In this document: positions 38,801 to 48,908 of the stretch, piece by piece
Position numbering within the stretch: the first letter of the stretch is position 1
Layout: every line of letters starts with the position of its first letter
Assembly (NCBI GenBank): GCA_002371155.1
Contig: DFGC01000005.1
Span: forward strand, 20,024 to 84,023
Origin: Alphaproteobacteria bacterium UBA3760
GTDB lineage: Bacteria > Pseudomonadota > Alphaproteobacteria > Rs-D84
Length of the DNA stretch: 64,000 nt
Direction of reading: 5' to 3'
Translations under genes and position numbers: made by a program
Notes under the pieces: generated by a model
Seen by the model: only the letters and a program-made list of their open reading frames with translations
Database searches by the model: none
What the model was told of the DNA's origin: nothing

Positions 38801-39592
38801 ATGCAATCAGGACTGTATGTTGTTGGAACGCCGATTGGAAATTTGTCTGATATGTCGCCGCGTGCGGTGGATGTGTTGCGTGGCTGTGATTTGGTTGCCG
38901 CCGAAGATACGCGTGTGTTTGCAAAATTGGCAGCGCATTTCGATATAAAAACAAAATGTGTTTCGTGTCATGAGCATAATGAATTGCGCGTTGTGGATTC
39001 TATTATTGAAAAAATACAAAATGGTGCCGCGGTTGCCACCGTCAGTGATGCCGGTATGCCTGGTATCAGCGACCCGGGTTTTCGTATTGTTGCGGCGGCG
39101 CGTGCGGCAAATGTTCCGGTGTTTATGGTGCCTGGGCCAACGGCGGCGATTTCGGCATTGGTATTATCAGGATTCCCAACCGACCGATTTACATTTTGTG
39201 GATTTTTCGATGAAAAAAAATTGCATGATGATAATAAAATTCGCCATACAATTATTTATTATGAAAGTCCGAATCGTATTATGACGACTATTGCGGCATT
39301 GGCGCGTGTTATGCCCGAAAGAAAAATTGCAATCGTTCGTGAAATTACAAAAATTCACGAGGAAACAATTATCGGGTATCCGGCGGATTTATTGCAAATA
39401 ACACCACCGCGCGGTGAAATTGTTATCTGTGTTGCGCCGGCACCGGTGCATAAAATGTCTGATTCGGAAATTCGGGATATTGTAAATGATATTGCGGCGG
39501 GGTCAACGAAAAGTGGTGCGGAAATGTTGGCGGCGCGTGCAGGAATTTCCAAGAAAGAGGCATATAAACGCCTGGTCAAGGAGGGCAAATGA
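38801..39592 (+). CDS. rsmI: 16S rRNA (cytidine1402-2'-O)-methyltransferase
   Basis: N-terminus LYVVGTPIGNLSDMSPRA...AAEDTR and a tetrapyrrole-methylase fold. The start is at the RBS-preceded ATG at 38801. Confidence 0.8.
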   Translation: MQSGLYVVGTPIGNLSDMSPRAVDVLRGCDLVAAEDTRVFAKLAAHFDIKTKCVSCHEHNELRVVDSIIEKIQNGAAVATVSDAGMPGISDPGFRIVAAARAANVPVFMVPGPTAAISALVLSGFPTDRFTFCGFFDEKKLHDDNKIRHTIIYYESPNRIMTTIAALARVMPERKIAIVREITKIHEETIIGYPADLLQITPPRGEIVICVAPAPVHKMSDSEIRDIVNDIAAGSTKSGAEMLAARAGISKKEAYKRLVKEGK

Positions 39593-40143
39593 TAAAATTT
39601 GTTGGTTCGTATTCAACGGTTGAAAGTTTGCCAAATACTGCGTTCCCAGAATACGCGTTTGTTGGGCGCAGTAATGTTGGAAAATCATCGCTGATAAATG
39701 CGGTGGTTGGTGCGCCAATTGCACGAACATCAAATACACCGGGGCGAACCCAGGAATTAAACCTGTTTAATATAGATGATAAAATTATGTTGGTTGATTT
39801 GCCGGGGTATGGTTATGCGCGTGTTTCGCGCGAAACTGCCATGGGGTGGGTTGTGCGGTTGGAAAAATATTTGTTGGGGCGTGCGCAATTAAAACGGCTG
39901 TTTATTTTGATAGATTCGCGTGTTGGGGTCAAAGATTCTGATTTAGAATTGATGGATTTTTGTGATAAAAATGGGATTTTGTATCAAATCGTTTACACCA
40001 AAAAAGATAAAAAAATTCGCGAAAAGCATCAAATGGAAATATCGCCAAATAACCATGGTGCAATGGTGGACGATGTGTTGATAACTTCGGCGGAAAAGAA
40101 AATCGGTTTGGAAATTTTAAGGAAAATAATTGGTATCAAATAA
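39589..40143 (+). CDS. engB: ribosome biogenesis GTP-binding protein YihA/EngB
   Basis: G1 GRSNVGKSS, G3 DLPGYG and G4 TKKD. 184 aa. Confidence 0.8.
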   Translation: MIKFVGSYSTVESLPNTAFPEYAFVGRSNVGKSSLINAVVGAPIARTSNTPGRTQELNLFNIDDKIMLVDLPGYGYARVSRETAMGWVVRLEKYLLGRAQLKRLFILIDSRVGVKDSDLELMDFCDKNGILYQIVYTKKDKKIREKHQMEISPNNHGAMVDDVLITSAEKKIGLEILRKIIGIK

Positions 40144-42646
40144 AAATATTTTTTGTACGACAAATCCGGTGCATATGTTAGATGCGCTGGATAAAATTAT
40201 ATCTGAATCCGGGGTTGCGTTGTCGGATTGTTTAGTGTTTTTACCCAGTCGGCGTGCGGTTCGTGCGGCGGAAAAAATGTTCGTTGAGAAAAATTCTGGG
40301 CGTGCGATTATTTTGCCACGATTGGTTGCCCTGGGCGAAGGTGTTGATGATTTAGATGAAATCCAAGACGCGGATGTGTTCAGTAATATGGAACGCGTTG
40401 TTGTATTGGCGAAAATGTTATCGGCGGATGCGAATATCGGAAATATATCAACGGCATTACAAATTGCGCGTGATTTTGTGCGATGCCAAGATTACCTGGA
40501 AAACGAGGGCGTTTCATCACAAGACATAAATTGGGAAAGTTTGGTTGATGAAAAATATGCTGAACATTTTCAATCCAAGGCGAAATTGTTGAATATATTG
40601 ACCAATGTTTTGCCAAAAATTGCGGGTGGGCGCATGACGGCGGCGGCAAAAAGAAATATGGATGTGCGCGCATGGATACCCGAGATTGAAAAATATCCAT
40701 TGGTTGTGGTGTGTGGGTCAACCGCGTCTGTGCCGGCGACGGCGGATTTGATGGTGGCGGTTGCATCATCAAAAAATGGGCGGATTATTTTGCCGGGAAA
40801 AATAGATGGACGGATTTCTGATTTTGGATTAAATACAAATCCGTATAATGCGGAATATAAATTTTTGTCGCGTGTTGGTGTTGCGCCAACAGATGTTATA
40901 AAAATCGATTTTGGGAAATCTGGGATTGATTTTATGAATTATGCATTTGGAAATGATACGGCGGCATATAGTGGCGATAAAGATTTGGAAAATTGTCATT
41001 TGGTGTGTTGTGATACCGAAAGTATCGAGGCGGCGGCGGTTGCGGAAATTTGCAAATCTGCGTTGAAAAAAAATAAAACGGTTATGGTGATTACGCCGGA
41101 TGCCGCCGGAAATCAAAGAATTGAAAGTGCGTTTTTGGATTATGGTTTGGTTGCAGATTTTTCGGGTGCGAAAAGTGGTGCGTCGTGTGCCGCGGCGCGT
41201 GCGATTCTGAATTTGTTGGATTCGTGGATGGAATCGGGCAGTGGTAATTTTGACCGGTATTACACGATTGCAAATTTCGATTTGTTTGATACGGTTGCGC
41301 AAATTATTTCGGAAAATATCGATTTTATGCAACCTGAATTTGATATAGATTCGGTTGAATCTGGGCAAATTTGGTTGGCGATAAAAAATCTGTCTGAATT
41401 TTTAACACGATATGATATTAAATTGTCGTGTGCGGATGCGCGCGCATTTATTGCCGATGCGGCGGCGACGGTTGCGGTGCGCGATGTACCAAATGATAAT
41501 GCGAAAATTGTTGTGTTGGGAACTATCGAGGCGCGTATGCAAACCGCCGATGTTGTGATTTTGACAGGATTAAATGACGGAATGTTTCCGGCGCGCGGAT
41601 ATGAAAATGCGTGGTTGCCGGCGCGTGTGGCTGATGAAATCGGATTGCCCAGTCCCGACAGAAAAGTTTCTTTGATGTCGTTGGATTTTATGAATTTATC
41701 GTGTTGTGATGAAGTGTATTGGTTGCGGTCGCTAAATTCGGGTGGAACAAAAACATTGGAATCCAGGTTTTTATCCCGTGTTATGGCGCGTGGTGGCAAT
41801 ATAAATGAAAATGCCGCGAAAAAAATACTGGGCAATGTTTTGGCACGCGATGTGGTCGCGGAAAATCCGTTGGATTCGTCGGCGCCAAATCCAATCGCAA
41901 AATGGGGCGATGTTTATGTGACCGAATTAGAAAAACTGATTCATAATCCGTATGTGTTTTATGTGTCGCATATTTTAAGGTTGAAAAAAAATAAAGATTG
42001 GTGGATGGGGGTTGATGCGCGTGTGTTTGGTGATTTGGTGCATTCGGTGATTGAACATGCACGCGATTTTTCTGCGCCGGTTATTTTGGCGGAAATGGAC
42101 CGTGCCGCGCGTGAGGCCTTGCATTCGACAAATACAGAAAATTTGATGTTTCGTTTTTGGCATAAACGGTTTATTGAAATTGCAAAATTAGTGCAGGACA
42201 ATTCGGAATTGTTGAAAAAGTCTGTGCCGGAAATTGGGGGGCATGTTATTATAGATGGTGTTCGTGTTTGTGCGCGTGCCGACCGTGTTTGGGACGGTGG
42301 TGTTATGGATATTAAAACCGGTGATATGCCAACAAAATCGCAATTACAAGATGGTATGATGCCCCAGTTGCCGTTAGAGGCGTATATGTTAAAATCTGGT
42401 GGATTTAATGTAAAAATGGCAGACCCGTCGAAAACCCCGGACATGGTGTTTATGTATCTGAAAAATTCCAAAGAAAATATGTATTGGATTGCGCCAGAAG
42501 ATGTTGCGGGTATGATGGATGCGGCAATAAAAAAAACCAAAGAAGTTATTGATATGTTTGCCGTTGGAAACGCGCCATATGAATATCGCAAATCAAATGG
42601 CCCAAAATATAAAGATTTTGACGATTTGGCACGCGTTGATGATTAA
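40130..42646 (+). CDS. addB: AddB-like double-strand break repair protein (inactive-helicase N-domain + C-terminal RecB-type PD-(D/E)XK nuclease), no adjacent addA
   Basis: The N-terminal VFLPSRRAVRAAEKMF segment resembles alphaproteobacterial AddB. The C-terminal RADRVWDGGVMDIKTGD nuclease motif is also present. 838 aa is shorter than typical AddB. Confidence 0.5.
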   Translation: MVSNKNIFCTTNPVHMLDALDKIISESGVALSDCLVFLPSRRAVRAAEKMFVEKNSGRAIILPRLVALGEGVDDLDEIQDADVFSNMERVVVLAKMLSADANIGNISTALQIARDFVRCQDYLENEGVSSQDINWESLVDEKYAEHFQSKAKLLNILTNVLPKIAGGRMTAAAKRNMDVRAWIPEIEKYPLVVVCGSTASVPATADLMVAVASSKNGRIILPGKIDGRISDFGLNTNPYNAEYKFLSRVGVAPTDVIKIDFGKSGIDFMNYAFGNDTAAYSGDKDLENCHLVCCDTESIEAAAVAEICKSALKKNKTVMVITPDAAGNQRIESAFLDYGLVADFSGAKSGASCAAARAILNLLDSWMESGSGNFDRYYTIANFDLFDTVAQIISENIDFMQPEFDIDSVESGQIWLAIKNLSEFLTRYDIKLSCADARAFIADAAATVAVRDVPNDNAKIVVLGTIEARMQTADVVILTGLNDGMFPARGYENAWLPARVADEIGLPSPDRKVSLMSLDFMNLSCCDEVYWLRSLNSGGTKTLESRFLSRVMARGGNINENAAKKILGNVLARDVVAENPLDSSAPNPIAKWGDVYVTELEKLIHNPYVFYVSHILRLKKNKDWWMGVDARVFGDLVHSVIEHARDFSAPVILAEMDRAAREALHSTNTENLMFRFWHKRFIEIAKLVQDNSELLKKSVPEIGGHVIIDGVRVCARADRVWDGGVMDIKTGDMPTKSQLQDGMMPQLPLEAYMLKSGGFNVKMADPSKTPDMVFMYLKNSKENMYWIAPEDVAGMMDAAIKKTKEVIDMFAVGNAPYEYRKSNGPKYKDFDDLARVDD

Positions 42647-43413
42647 ACCAATTCTAACATTAAACCGCAATGGTCGGTTGGTTTTTGTGCGGTGCGTGGG
42701 CATAAATCGATTTCGCAATTTTTAACCATTTTATGCGCGGTTTTATTACATAAAAAATAATCCAATCGCAATCCTTGTTTTTTACCAACGGTGTCGCCAC
42801 CGCGATAACCATACCATGTGTAATCTGTATCATTTGGGTGTAATTCGCGCCATATGTCCGTCCAACCGTTATCCAACCAAGATTGCATTATTTCGCGTGC
42901 AGCGGGTGCCGAAATAGATGAACCAATATAATTTTTTGGATTCCATATATCATGGTCGGTTATTGCAACATTAAAATCGCCCGCGATAATAACCGGTTCG
43001 GGTGAGTTTATATATTGTTCGATATGTTTTGTAAATGCACGCATCCATTCCAATTTATATGCAAATTTTGGTGATTCAATATTGTCGCCATTTGGCATAT
43101 ATGTGTTGATAATCCGCACGCGTCCGTCAATAACACATTCAATCATGCGGGAATTTACATCGGCATAATTGGGGATTCCAAAAGATACATCTTCGATAGA
43201 ATTTTTAGAAAATACCGCAACGCCGTTCCATGATTTTTGACCAAAAACCTTGATATTGTATCCGAATTCGTCGAACAGCATAAAAGGAAAGTTCGCGTTA
43301 TCGACCTTTAATTCTTGGACCAAAATTGTGTCGTATTCGTTTGTGCGCAATATGTCCATAAAACTTTCCACATGGGCGCGAATAGAGTTGATATTTATAG
43401 TCAATATTTTCAT
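42643..43413 (-). CDS. xthA: exodeoxyribonuclease III
   Basis: KILTININSIRA N-terminus and the conserved Glu, Asp and His residues of the EEP-family AP endonucleases. 256 aa. Confidence 0.85.
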   Translation of the reverse strand: MKILTININSIRAHVESFMDILRTNEYDTILVQELKVDNANFPFMLFDEFGYNIKVFGQKSWNGVAVFSKNSIEDVSFGIPNYADVNSRMIECVIDGRVRIINTYMPNGDNIESPKFAYKLEWMRAFTKHIEQYINSPEPVIIAGDFNVAITDHDIWNPKNYIGSSISAPAAREIMQSWLDNGWTDIWRELHPNDTDYTWYGYRGGDTVGKKQGLRLDYFLCNKTAHKMVKNCEIDLCPRTAQKPTDHCGLMLELV

Positions 43414-43482
43414 GTTTGATTTCCTTGTCTTTTCGTTCTATAATATACCCCGTCCAATATAAAAACAACAAGGAAATTTACT

Positions 43483-45063
43483 ATGAATATGAATAATATG
43501 TTGGAAATGGCTGTTCGGCAATGGCCCGAAAATCTGTTTCTGGTGCGCGAAGGTGTTTCGTATTCTGAATTTATGGATATGGTGCGCGCGCGCGCGGTGA
43601 CATTGATGGACAACGGGATTAAACCCGGGGATACGGTCGGTGTGTTATCACATAATATTCCACAATTTCCATTGACGCTGTTTGCGATATGGTATGTTGG
43701 TGCGAAATGTTTGATGCTGGATACGAATTTAACACCGTTTGAATATGATAATATGGCGGATGCCGCCGGATGCAAATTTGTGTGCGCGGAATCGTCGTTT
43801 TTCTATAAAACGGATAAATTCAAATTTATCGATATTACCGCCAAAGATGGTCCGGTAAATCCGATGCTGCATCCATATAATTTCCAAGACAACGATGTTG
43901 CAACATTGTCTTTTACATCTGGGTCAACAGGCGTGCCCAAAATTGTGCCATTGACACACTATAATTTAATAGAGTGTGCAAATTCGTTGGAAGATATGGC
44001 GGAATATTTTGGTTCGGGTGATATTATGTATGGATTTTTACCACTGTATCATATATTCGGTTTTGCCATTGGAATTTTGGCGACGGTGCATTTTGGCGCG
44101 GGTATCGTGTTGCAACCAACAATAAATCCGAAATACATTTTGGACGATTTCAAAAAGTTCCGTCCGCATGTGATTCCGGCTGTGCCACGGTTATGGGAAA
44201 TGTTCAGAAATAAAATTATGGACAATCTGAAAACGCAAAAAAAATGGAGTATCGTCGATTTTATTTTGCGTAATCGTGTTCGTATAAATGATATGGGGCT
44301 GGGATTTTTTGTTCGTAAAGTCCAAGAACCAATTTTGGATATTTTCGGTGGTCGTGTGCGTTTGTTGATTGCCGGTGGTGCCGCCACCAAGCCCGAGGTT
44401 GAAACATTTTACGAAAACCTGGGGTTGGCATTTATCCAAGGTTATGGTTTGACGGAAACGGTTGGTCCAATTTGTATATCAAAGCCAAATAAAAAACGTA
44501 TGGCGTTTTCTGTGGGGGCGCCAACAACAAATAACGAGTGTGAAATTCGTGATAAAGACGAAAATGGCATTGGGGTTTTGTGGCTGCGTGGACACCAGGT
44601 TTTTGGCGGATATATGAATAATGACGCGGTGAATAAAGAGGTGTTCGATGAACGCGGGTTCTTTAATACCGGGGATTTGGTGTATATGGACAAAAATGGC
44701 GAATTGCACTTTGCGGGGCGTAAAAAACAGGTCATCGTTCTGGATAGTGGTAAAAATGTTTATCCAGATGAATTAGAGGCTATGTTTTTGGATATCCCGG
44801 GTGTTAAAAATGTCGCGGTGTTTGAACATCGGGTCAAAGACAAAACGGTTGCATACGGCGTGTTTTCGGTCGATAAGGATATGACAATGGAAAAATTGGT
44901 TGCCGAGGTTAGTGCGGCAAATAAAAAGGTTGCATCGTATAAATGGGTGACCCATTTTGCAATGACAACTGATGATTTGCCGATGACATCAACCCAGAAA
45001 ATAAAACATCATGTTGTTCGTCAAAATTTAATTGATGGTAAATATCCAATTAGACATGAATAA
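43483..45063 (+). CDS. adenylate-forming enzyme (acyl-CoA/acyl-ACP synthetase-like, ANL superfamily), paralog 1
   Basis: Motifs TSGSTGVPK, GYGLTETVG, TGDLVYMDKNGELHFAGRKK. 526 aa. Confidence 0.65.
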   Translation: MNMNNMLEMAVRQWPENLFLVREGVSYSEFMDMVRARAVTLMDNGIKPGDTVGVLSHNIPQFPLTLFAIWYVGAKCLMLDTNLTPFEYDNMADAAGCKFVCAESSFFYKTDKFKFIDITAKDGPVNPMLHPYNFQDNDVATLSFTSGSTGVPKIVPLTHYNLIECANSLEDMAEYFGSGDIMYGFLPLYHIFGFAIGILATVHFGAGIVLQPTINPKYILDDFKKFRPHVIPAVPRLWEMFRNKIMDNLKTQKKWSIVDFILRNRVRINDMGLGFFVRKVQEPILDIFGGRVRLLIAGGAATKPEVETFYENLGLAFIQGYGLTETVGPICISKPNKKRMAFSVGAPTTNNECEIRDKDENGIGVLWLRGHQVFGGYMNNDAVNKEVFDERGFFNTGDLVYMDKNGELHFAGRKKQVIVLDSGKNVYPDELEAMFLDIPGVKNVAVFEHRVKDKTVAYGVFSVDKDMTMEKLVAEVSAANKKVASYKWVTHFAMTTDDLPMTSTQKIKHHVVRQNLIDGKYPIRHE

Positions 45064-45088
45064 ATGGTTTTTATAAAGGAATATAAAA

Positions 45089-46669
45089 ATGAATATGTAT
45101 GAATTGTTGGAAAAAAATATAAAAAGAAATCCGAAAACGGTTTTCTTGGTGCGTGAAAATATTACTTTTGAAGAATTACCAAAATATGTGCGTGCGCGCG
45201 CAACTACATTGGCCAAGGCGGGTATAAAACCCGGTGATACGGTTGGGTTGTTGTCGCATAATTTGCCTGAATTTGTGTTCAGTTTGTTCGCAATTTGGTA
45301 TTTGGGTGCGCGTGTTTTGTTGTTGGATACAAATTTGACTTCGGTTGAATATGATAATATGACGGAATTGACCGATTGTAAATTTGTTGTTGCGGAAAAG
45401 TCTTTCTTTTACAAAACAAAAAATTTCAAATTTATCGATATCCAGGCCCCAGATACCGAAACAGATGAATCGTTGAAACCGTATAAAATCAAAGATTCTG
45501 ATATTGCGACATTGTCGTTCACATCGGGTTCGACGGGAACACCAAAAATTGTGCCGTTGACACATAAAAATTTGGTTTCTTGTTCGGAAAGTTTGGAAAG
45601 TTTGAATATATTTTTGCGCCCGGGTGAAATGCTGTATGCGTTTTTGCCGCTGTATCATGTGTTTGGGTTTGCCGTTGGATTTTTGGCACCATTGCATTTT
45701 GGTATGGGTATGTTGTTGCAATCAACAATCAATCCAAATGCAATTTTGCAAGATTTTGCAAAATATAAACCACATGTTATTCCGGCGGTGCCGAAATTGT
45801 GGGAAATTTTCCGCAAGAAAATCATCGATGGTGTGCGCGAAAAGAAAAAATGGTGGTTGGTGTCTTTCATTATGAATCATCAAAAAACTTTGCGTGCAAT
45901 CGGTTTGGGCAAATTGGTTGATAAAGTATTGAATCAAATTCGTGCGGTGTTTGGTGGTCGCGCCCGTTGTTTGGTCGCAGGTGGTGCCGCAACCAAGCCC
46001 GAGGTTGAAAAATTCTATACTCAATTAGGGATGGATTTTGTCCAAGGTTATGGTATGACCGAAACGGTTGGACCAATCTGTTGTTCGAAACCGGTTAAAA
46101 AACGCGTTCCGTTTGCGTTTGGTGCGCCGTTGGGTGATTGCTGTTGCGAAATTCGTAATGCTGATGAAAATGGTATCGGTATGTTATGGGTCAAAGGCAA
46201 CCAGGTGTTCGGTGGGTATCTGAATAATGACGCGGCGAATAAAGAATGCTTTGATAAAAACGGATTCTTTTGCACGGGGGATTTGGTGTCGATAGACAAA
46301 AATGGTGAATATCATTTTGCTGGTCGTAAAAAACAAGTCATTGTTTTGGATTCGGGTAAAAATGTCTATCCTGATGAATTAGAAGGATTATTCATCGAAA
46401 TCCCGGGTGTTAAAAATGTCGCCGTGTTCGAGCACGAGGTCAAAGGCAAAACTGTATCATATGGTGTGTTTTCGGTTGAACCGGATATGACCATGGAACG
46501 GTTGTCTGCGGAAATTGCCCAGAAAAATAAAAAGGTTGCGTCATATAAATGGGTGACCCATTTTGCGATGACGACTGATGATTTGCCGGTGACATCCACA
46601 CAAAAGGTTAAACATCATGTTGTGCGTAAATATTTAATGGATGGTAAATATCAAGAAAAGGATATTTAA
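45089..46669 (+). CDS. adenylate-forming enzyme, paralog 2
   Basis: The same motif set (TSGSTGTPK, GYGMTETVG, TGDLVSIDKNGEYHFAGRKK). It lies 25 nt after paralog 1. Confidence 0.65.
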   Translation: MNMYELLEKNIKRNPKTVFLVRENITFEELPKYVRARATTLAKAGIKPGDTVGLLSHNLPEFVFSLFAIWYLGARVLLLDTNLTSVEYDNMTELTDCKFVVAEKSFFYKTKNFKFIDIQAPDTETDESLKPYKIKDSDIATLSFTSGSTGTPKIVPLTHKNLVSCSESLESLNIFLRPGEMLYAFLPLYHVFGFAVGFLAPLHFGMGMLLQSTINPNAILQDFAKYKPHVIPAVPKLWEIFRKKIIDGVREKKKWWLVSFIMNHQKTLRAIGLGKLVDKVLNQIRAVFGGRARCLVAGGAATKPEVEKFYTQLGMDFVQGYGMTETVGPICCSKPVKKRVPFAFGAPLGDCCCEIRNADENGIGMLWVKGNQVFGGYLNNDAANKECFDKNGFFCTGDLVSIDKNGEYHFAGRKKQVIVLDSGKNVYPDELEGLFIEIPGVKNVAVFEHEVKGKTVSYGVFSVEPDMTMERLSAEIAQKNKKVASYKWVTHFAMTTDDLPVTSTQKVKHHVVRKYLMDGKYQEKDI

Positions 46670-46671
46670 TC

Positions 46672-48246
46672 ATGAATATGTACCAATTCTTTGAACAAAC
46701 CATGGAAAAGTGTCCAACGACACTTTTCCTGGTCAGGGAAAAAATTAGTTTTGCCGATTTTCCAAAACTGGTTCGGGCGCGTGCAACAACATTGAAAAAG
46801 ATTGGTGTGCAATATGGTGATACATTGGGGGTGTTGGCGCATAATATTCCTGAATTTATAACTACTTTGTTTGCGGCGTGGTATCGTGGCGCACGCGTTT
46901 TGTTATTGGATACGAATTTAACAAATTCAGAATACGATAATATGACGAAATTGACCCAATGCAAATTGGTCGCGGCGGAAAAATCTTTTTTTTATGATGC
47001 GGCGGGGTTCGAATTTTTCGATATTCAAACGGTTGATGATGAAACCGACCCTGAATTAAAACCGTATCCGTTGGATGCAAATGATATTGCAACTTTGTCA
47101 TTTACATCGGGTTCGACGGGAACACCGAAAATCGTGCCATTGACGCATTTTAATTTAATAGAGTGCGCAAATTCGTTTGATGATTTTAACCAATGGTTTC
47201 AGCCGGGTGGGGTGCTGTATGGGTTTTTGCCGTTGTATCATATATTTGGTTTTGCGGCGGGATTTTTGGCACCGTTGCATTTTCAAATGGGAATTTTGTT
47301 GCAACCGTCAATAAATCCAAAATTGATTTTGTCTGATTTCAAAGAATATCGGCCGCATGTGATTCCGTCTGTGCCGAAAATGTGGGAATTGTTCCGCAAA
47401 AAAATTATTGAAGAAATCAAGGCGCAGAAAAAATGGTGGATTGTATCGTTCATATTGAAAAATCAAAAATGGTTGCAGAAAATTGGTTTTGGTTTTATCG
47501 TGCGACGCGTGCAAAAGCAAATTTGTGCGGTGTTCGGGGGGCGGGTTCAGTTGATGATTGCCGGTGGTGCCGCCACCAAGCCCGAGGTTGAAAAATTCTA
47601 TAACGATTTGGGTATCGCGTTTATCCAAGGTTATGGCATGACCGAAACGGTTGGTCCGTTTTGTGGTTCGCGCCCGGTGAAAAAGCGTATCCCGTATGCG
47701 TTTGGCGCGCCGTTGGGAAATAACGAGTGTGAAATTCGCGATAAAGATGAAAATGGTATCGGTATGTTGTGGGTGCGTGGACACCAGGTTTTTGGTGGGT
47801 ATATGAATAACGATGCCGCCAATGCGGAATCTTTTGATGAACGCGGATTTTTCTGCACTGGGGATTTGGTGTATATGGACAAAAACGGCGAGTTGCACTT
47901 TGCTGGTCGTAAAAAACAGGTCATCGTTCTGGACAGTGGTAAAAATGTTTATCCCGATGAATTAGAGGCTATGTTTTTGGACATTCCGGGTGTTAAAAAT
48001 GTCGCGGTGTTCGAACATCAGGTCAATGGTAAAACCGTTGCGTATGGTGTGTTTTCGGTTGAACCCGATATGACAGCAGATAAATTGAGCAAGGCGGTTG
48101 CGGATGCCAATAAACGCGTTGCCAAATATAAATGGGTGACGCATTTTGCGATGACAACGGATGATTTGCCGATGACATCGACGCAAAAGGTGAAGCATCA
48201 TCTGGTTAAACAGAATTTAATCGATGGCAAATACAACGAAATATAA
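46672..48246 (+). CDS. adenylate-forming enzyme, paralog 3
   Basis: The same motifs. It lies 2 nt after paralog 2. About 100 nt near its 3' end is nearly identical to paralog 1. Confidence 0.65.
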   Translation: MNMYQFFEQTMEKCPTTLFLVREKISFADFPKLVRARATTLKKIGVQYGDTLGVLAHNIPEFITTLFAAWYRGARVLLLDTNLTNSEYDNMTKLTQCKLVAAEKSFFYDAAGFEFFDIQTVDDETDPELKPYPLDANDIATLSFTSGSTGTPKIVPLTHFNLIECANSFDDFNQWFQPGGVLYGFLPLYHIFGFAAGFLAPLHFQMGILLQPSINPKLILSDFKEYRPHVIPSVPKMWELFRKKIIEEIKAQKKWWIVSFILKNQKWLQKIGFGFIVRRVQKQICAVFGGRVQLMIAGGAATKPEVEKFYNDLGIAFIQGYGMTETVGPFCGSRPVKKRIPYAFGAPLGNNECEIRDKDENGIGMLWVRGHQVFGGYMNNDAANAESFDERGFFCTGDLVYMDKNGELHFAGRKKQVIVLDSGKNVYPDELEAMFLDIPGVKNVAVFEHQVNGKTVAYGVFSVEPDMTADKLSKAVADANKRVAKYKWVTHFAMTTDDLPMTSTQKVKHHLVKQNLIDGKYNEI

Positions 48247-48247
48247 T

Positions 48248-48380
48248 GGCACATCTGCTGGATTCCGGCTCGCTCATGTAGCACTTGTACACTACGCTCG
48301 CCGGAATCTTCGCATCTGCACCATTATCTTTCGTTGGGATAATTTACGCTCGCAAACAACGGCGCATTTGTTCCGTTCTC
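48248..48380 (+). repeat. solo copy of 103-bp palindromic repeat family R1 (GGCACATCTGCTGGATTCCGGCTCG...CGCCGGAATC...)
   Basis: It shares more than 80% identity with the tandem copies at 51738..52015. It contains the 9-bp inverted repeat GATTCCGGC/GCCGGAATC. Confidence 0.45.
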
Positions 48381-48523
48381 TTTCCATATTTAGTTTTTTT
48401 CGCATTTGGTTTTTTTTCTATTTGGAATATTTGTTATATTTTGTGATAATTATTGTATTGCGCGGAATATTAAAAAGTCCCATAATCTATGCGTATAGAA
48501 AAACAAAATAAAGGAGAAATAAC

Positions 48524-48865
48524 ATGAAAAAATTGTTTTTAATTTTGCCAGTTATGGCATTGGCTGCATGCTCACAAGAAAAGACTTTGGTGTCTGGTTG
48601 TGAAAAGATTGTTGCTAGTGAAAACGGTGATGTTTATAAATGTCCAATGTCTGAAGAATTGGCTGCAATTCAAGCTATGGAAGCAAACGCAATGTTTAAT
48701 ACATTGGATGGTTTGGATGTTGCTGCGGTGGCTGCGGATGCAGAAAATGTATATGTTAATATTTATGGTACATGTGAACAGGAAGGTCAGGTTGCTTACC
48801 GTGTAATGGTAAAGAACCCTGTTTTCAATGGCAACACAATGTATGCTGTTGAAGTATGCCGTTAA
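48524..48865 (+). CDS. small lipoprotein with atypical (GCT/GGT/GTT-rich) codon usage
   Basis: Strong RBS AAAGGAGAAA and lipobox LAAC. Its codon choice is unlike neighbouring genes, which prefer GCG, GTG and TTG. Confidence 0.45.
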   Translation: MKKLFLILPVMALAACSQEKTLVSGCEKIVASENGDVYKCPMSEELAAIQAMEANAMFNTLDGLDVAAVAADAENVYVNIYGTCEQEGQVAYRVMVKNPVFNGNTMYAVEVCR

Positions 48866-48884
48866 TTTATAAATGCTACAAAAA

Positions 48885-48906
48885 ACCGCCATATTGGCGG
48901 TTTTTT
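48885..48906 (+). terminator. rho-independent terminator (CCGCCAatatTGGCGG + T6)
   Basis: Perfect hairpin and T-run 20 nt after the lipoprotein stop. Confidence 0.55.
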
Positions 48907-48908
48907 AT

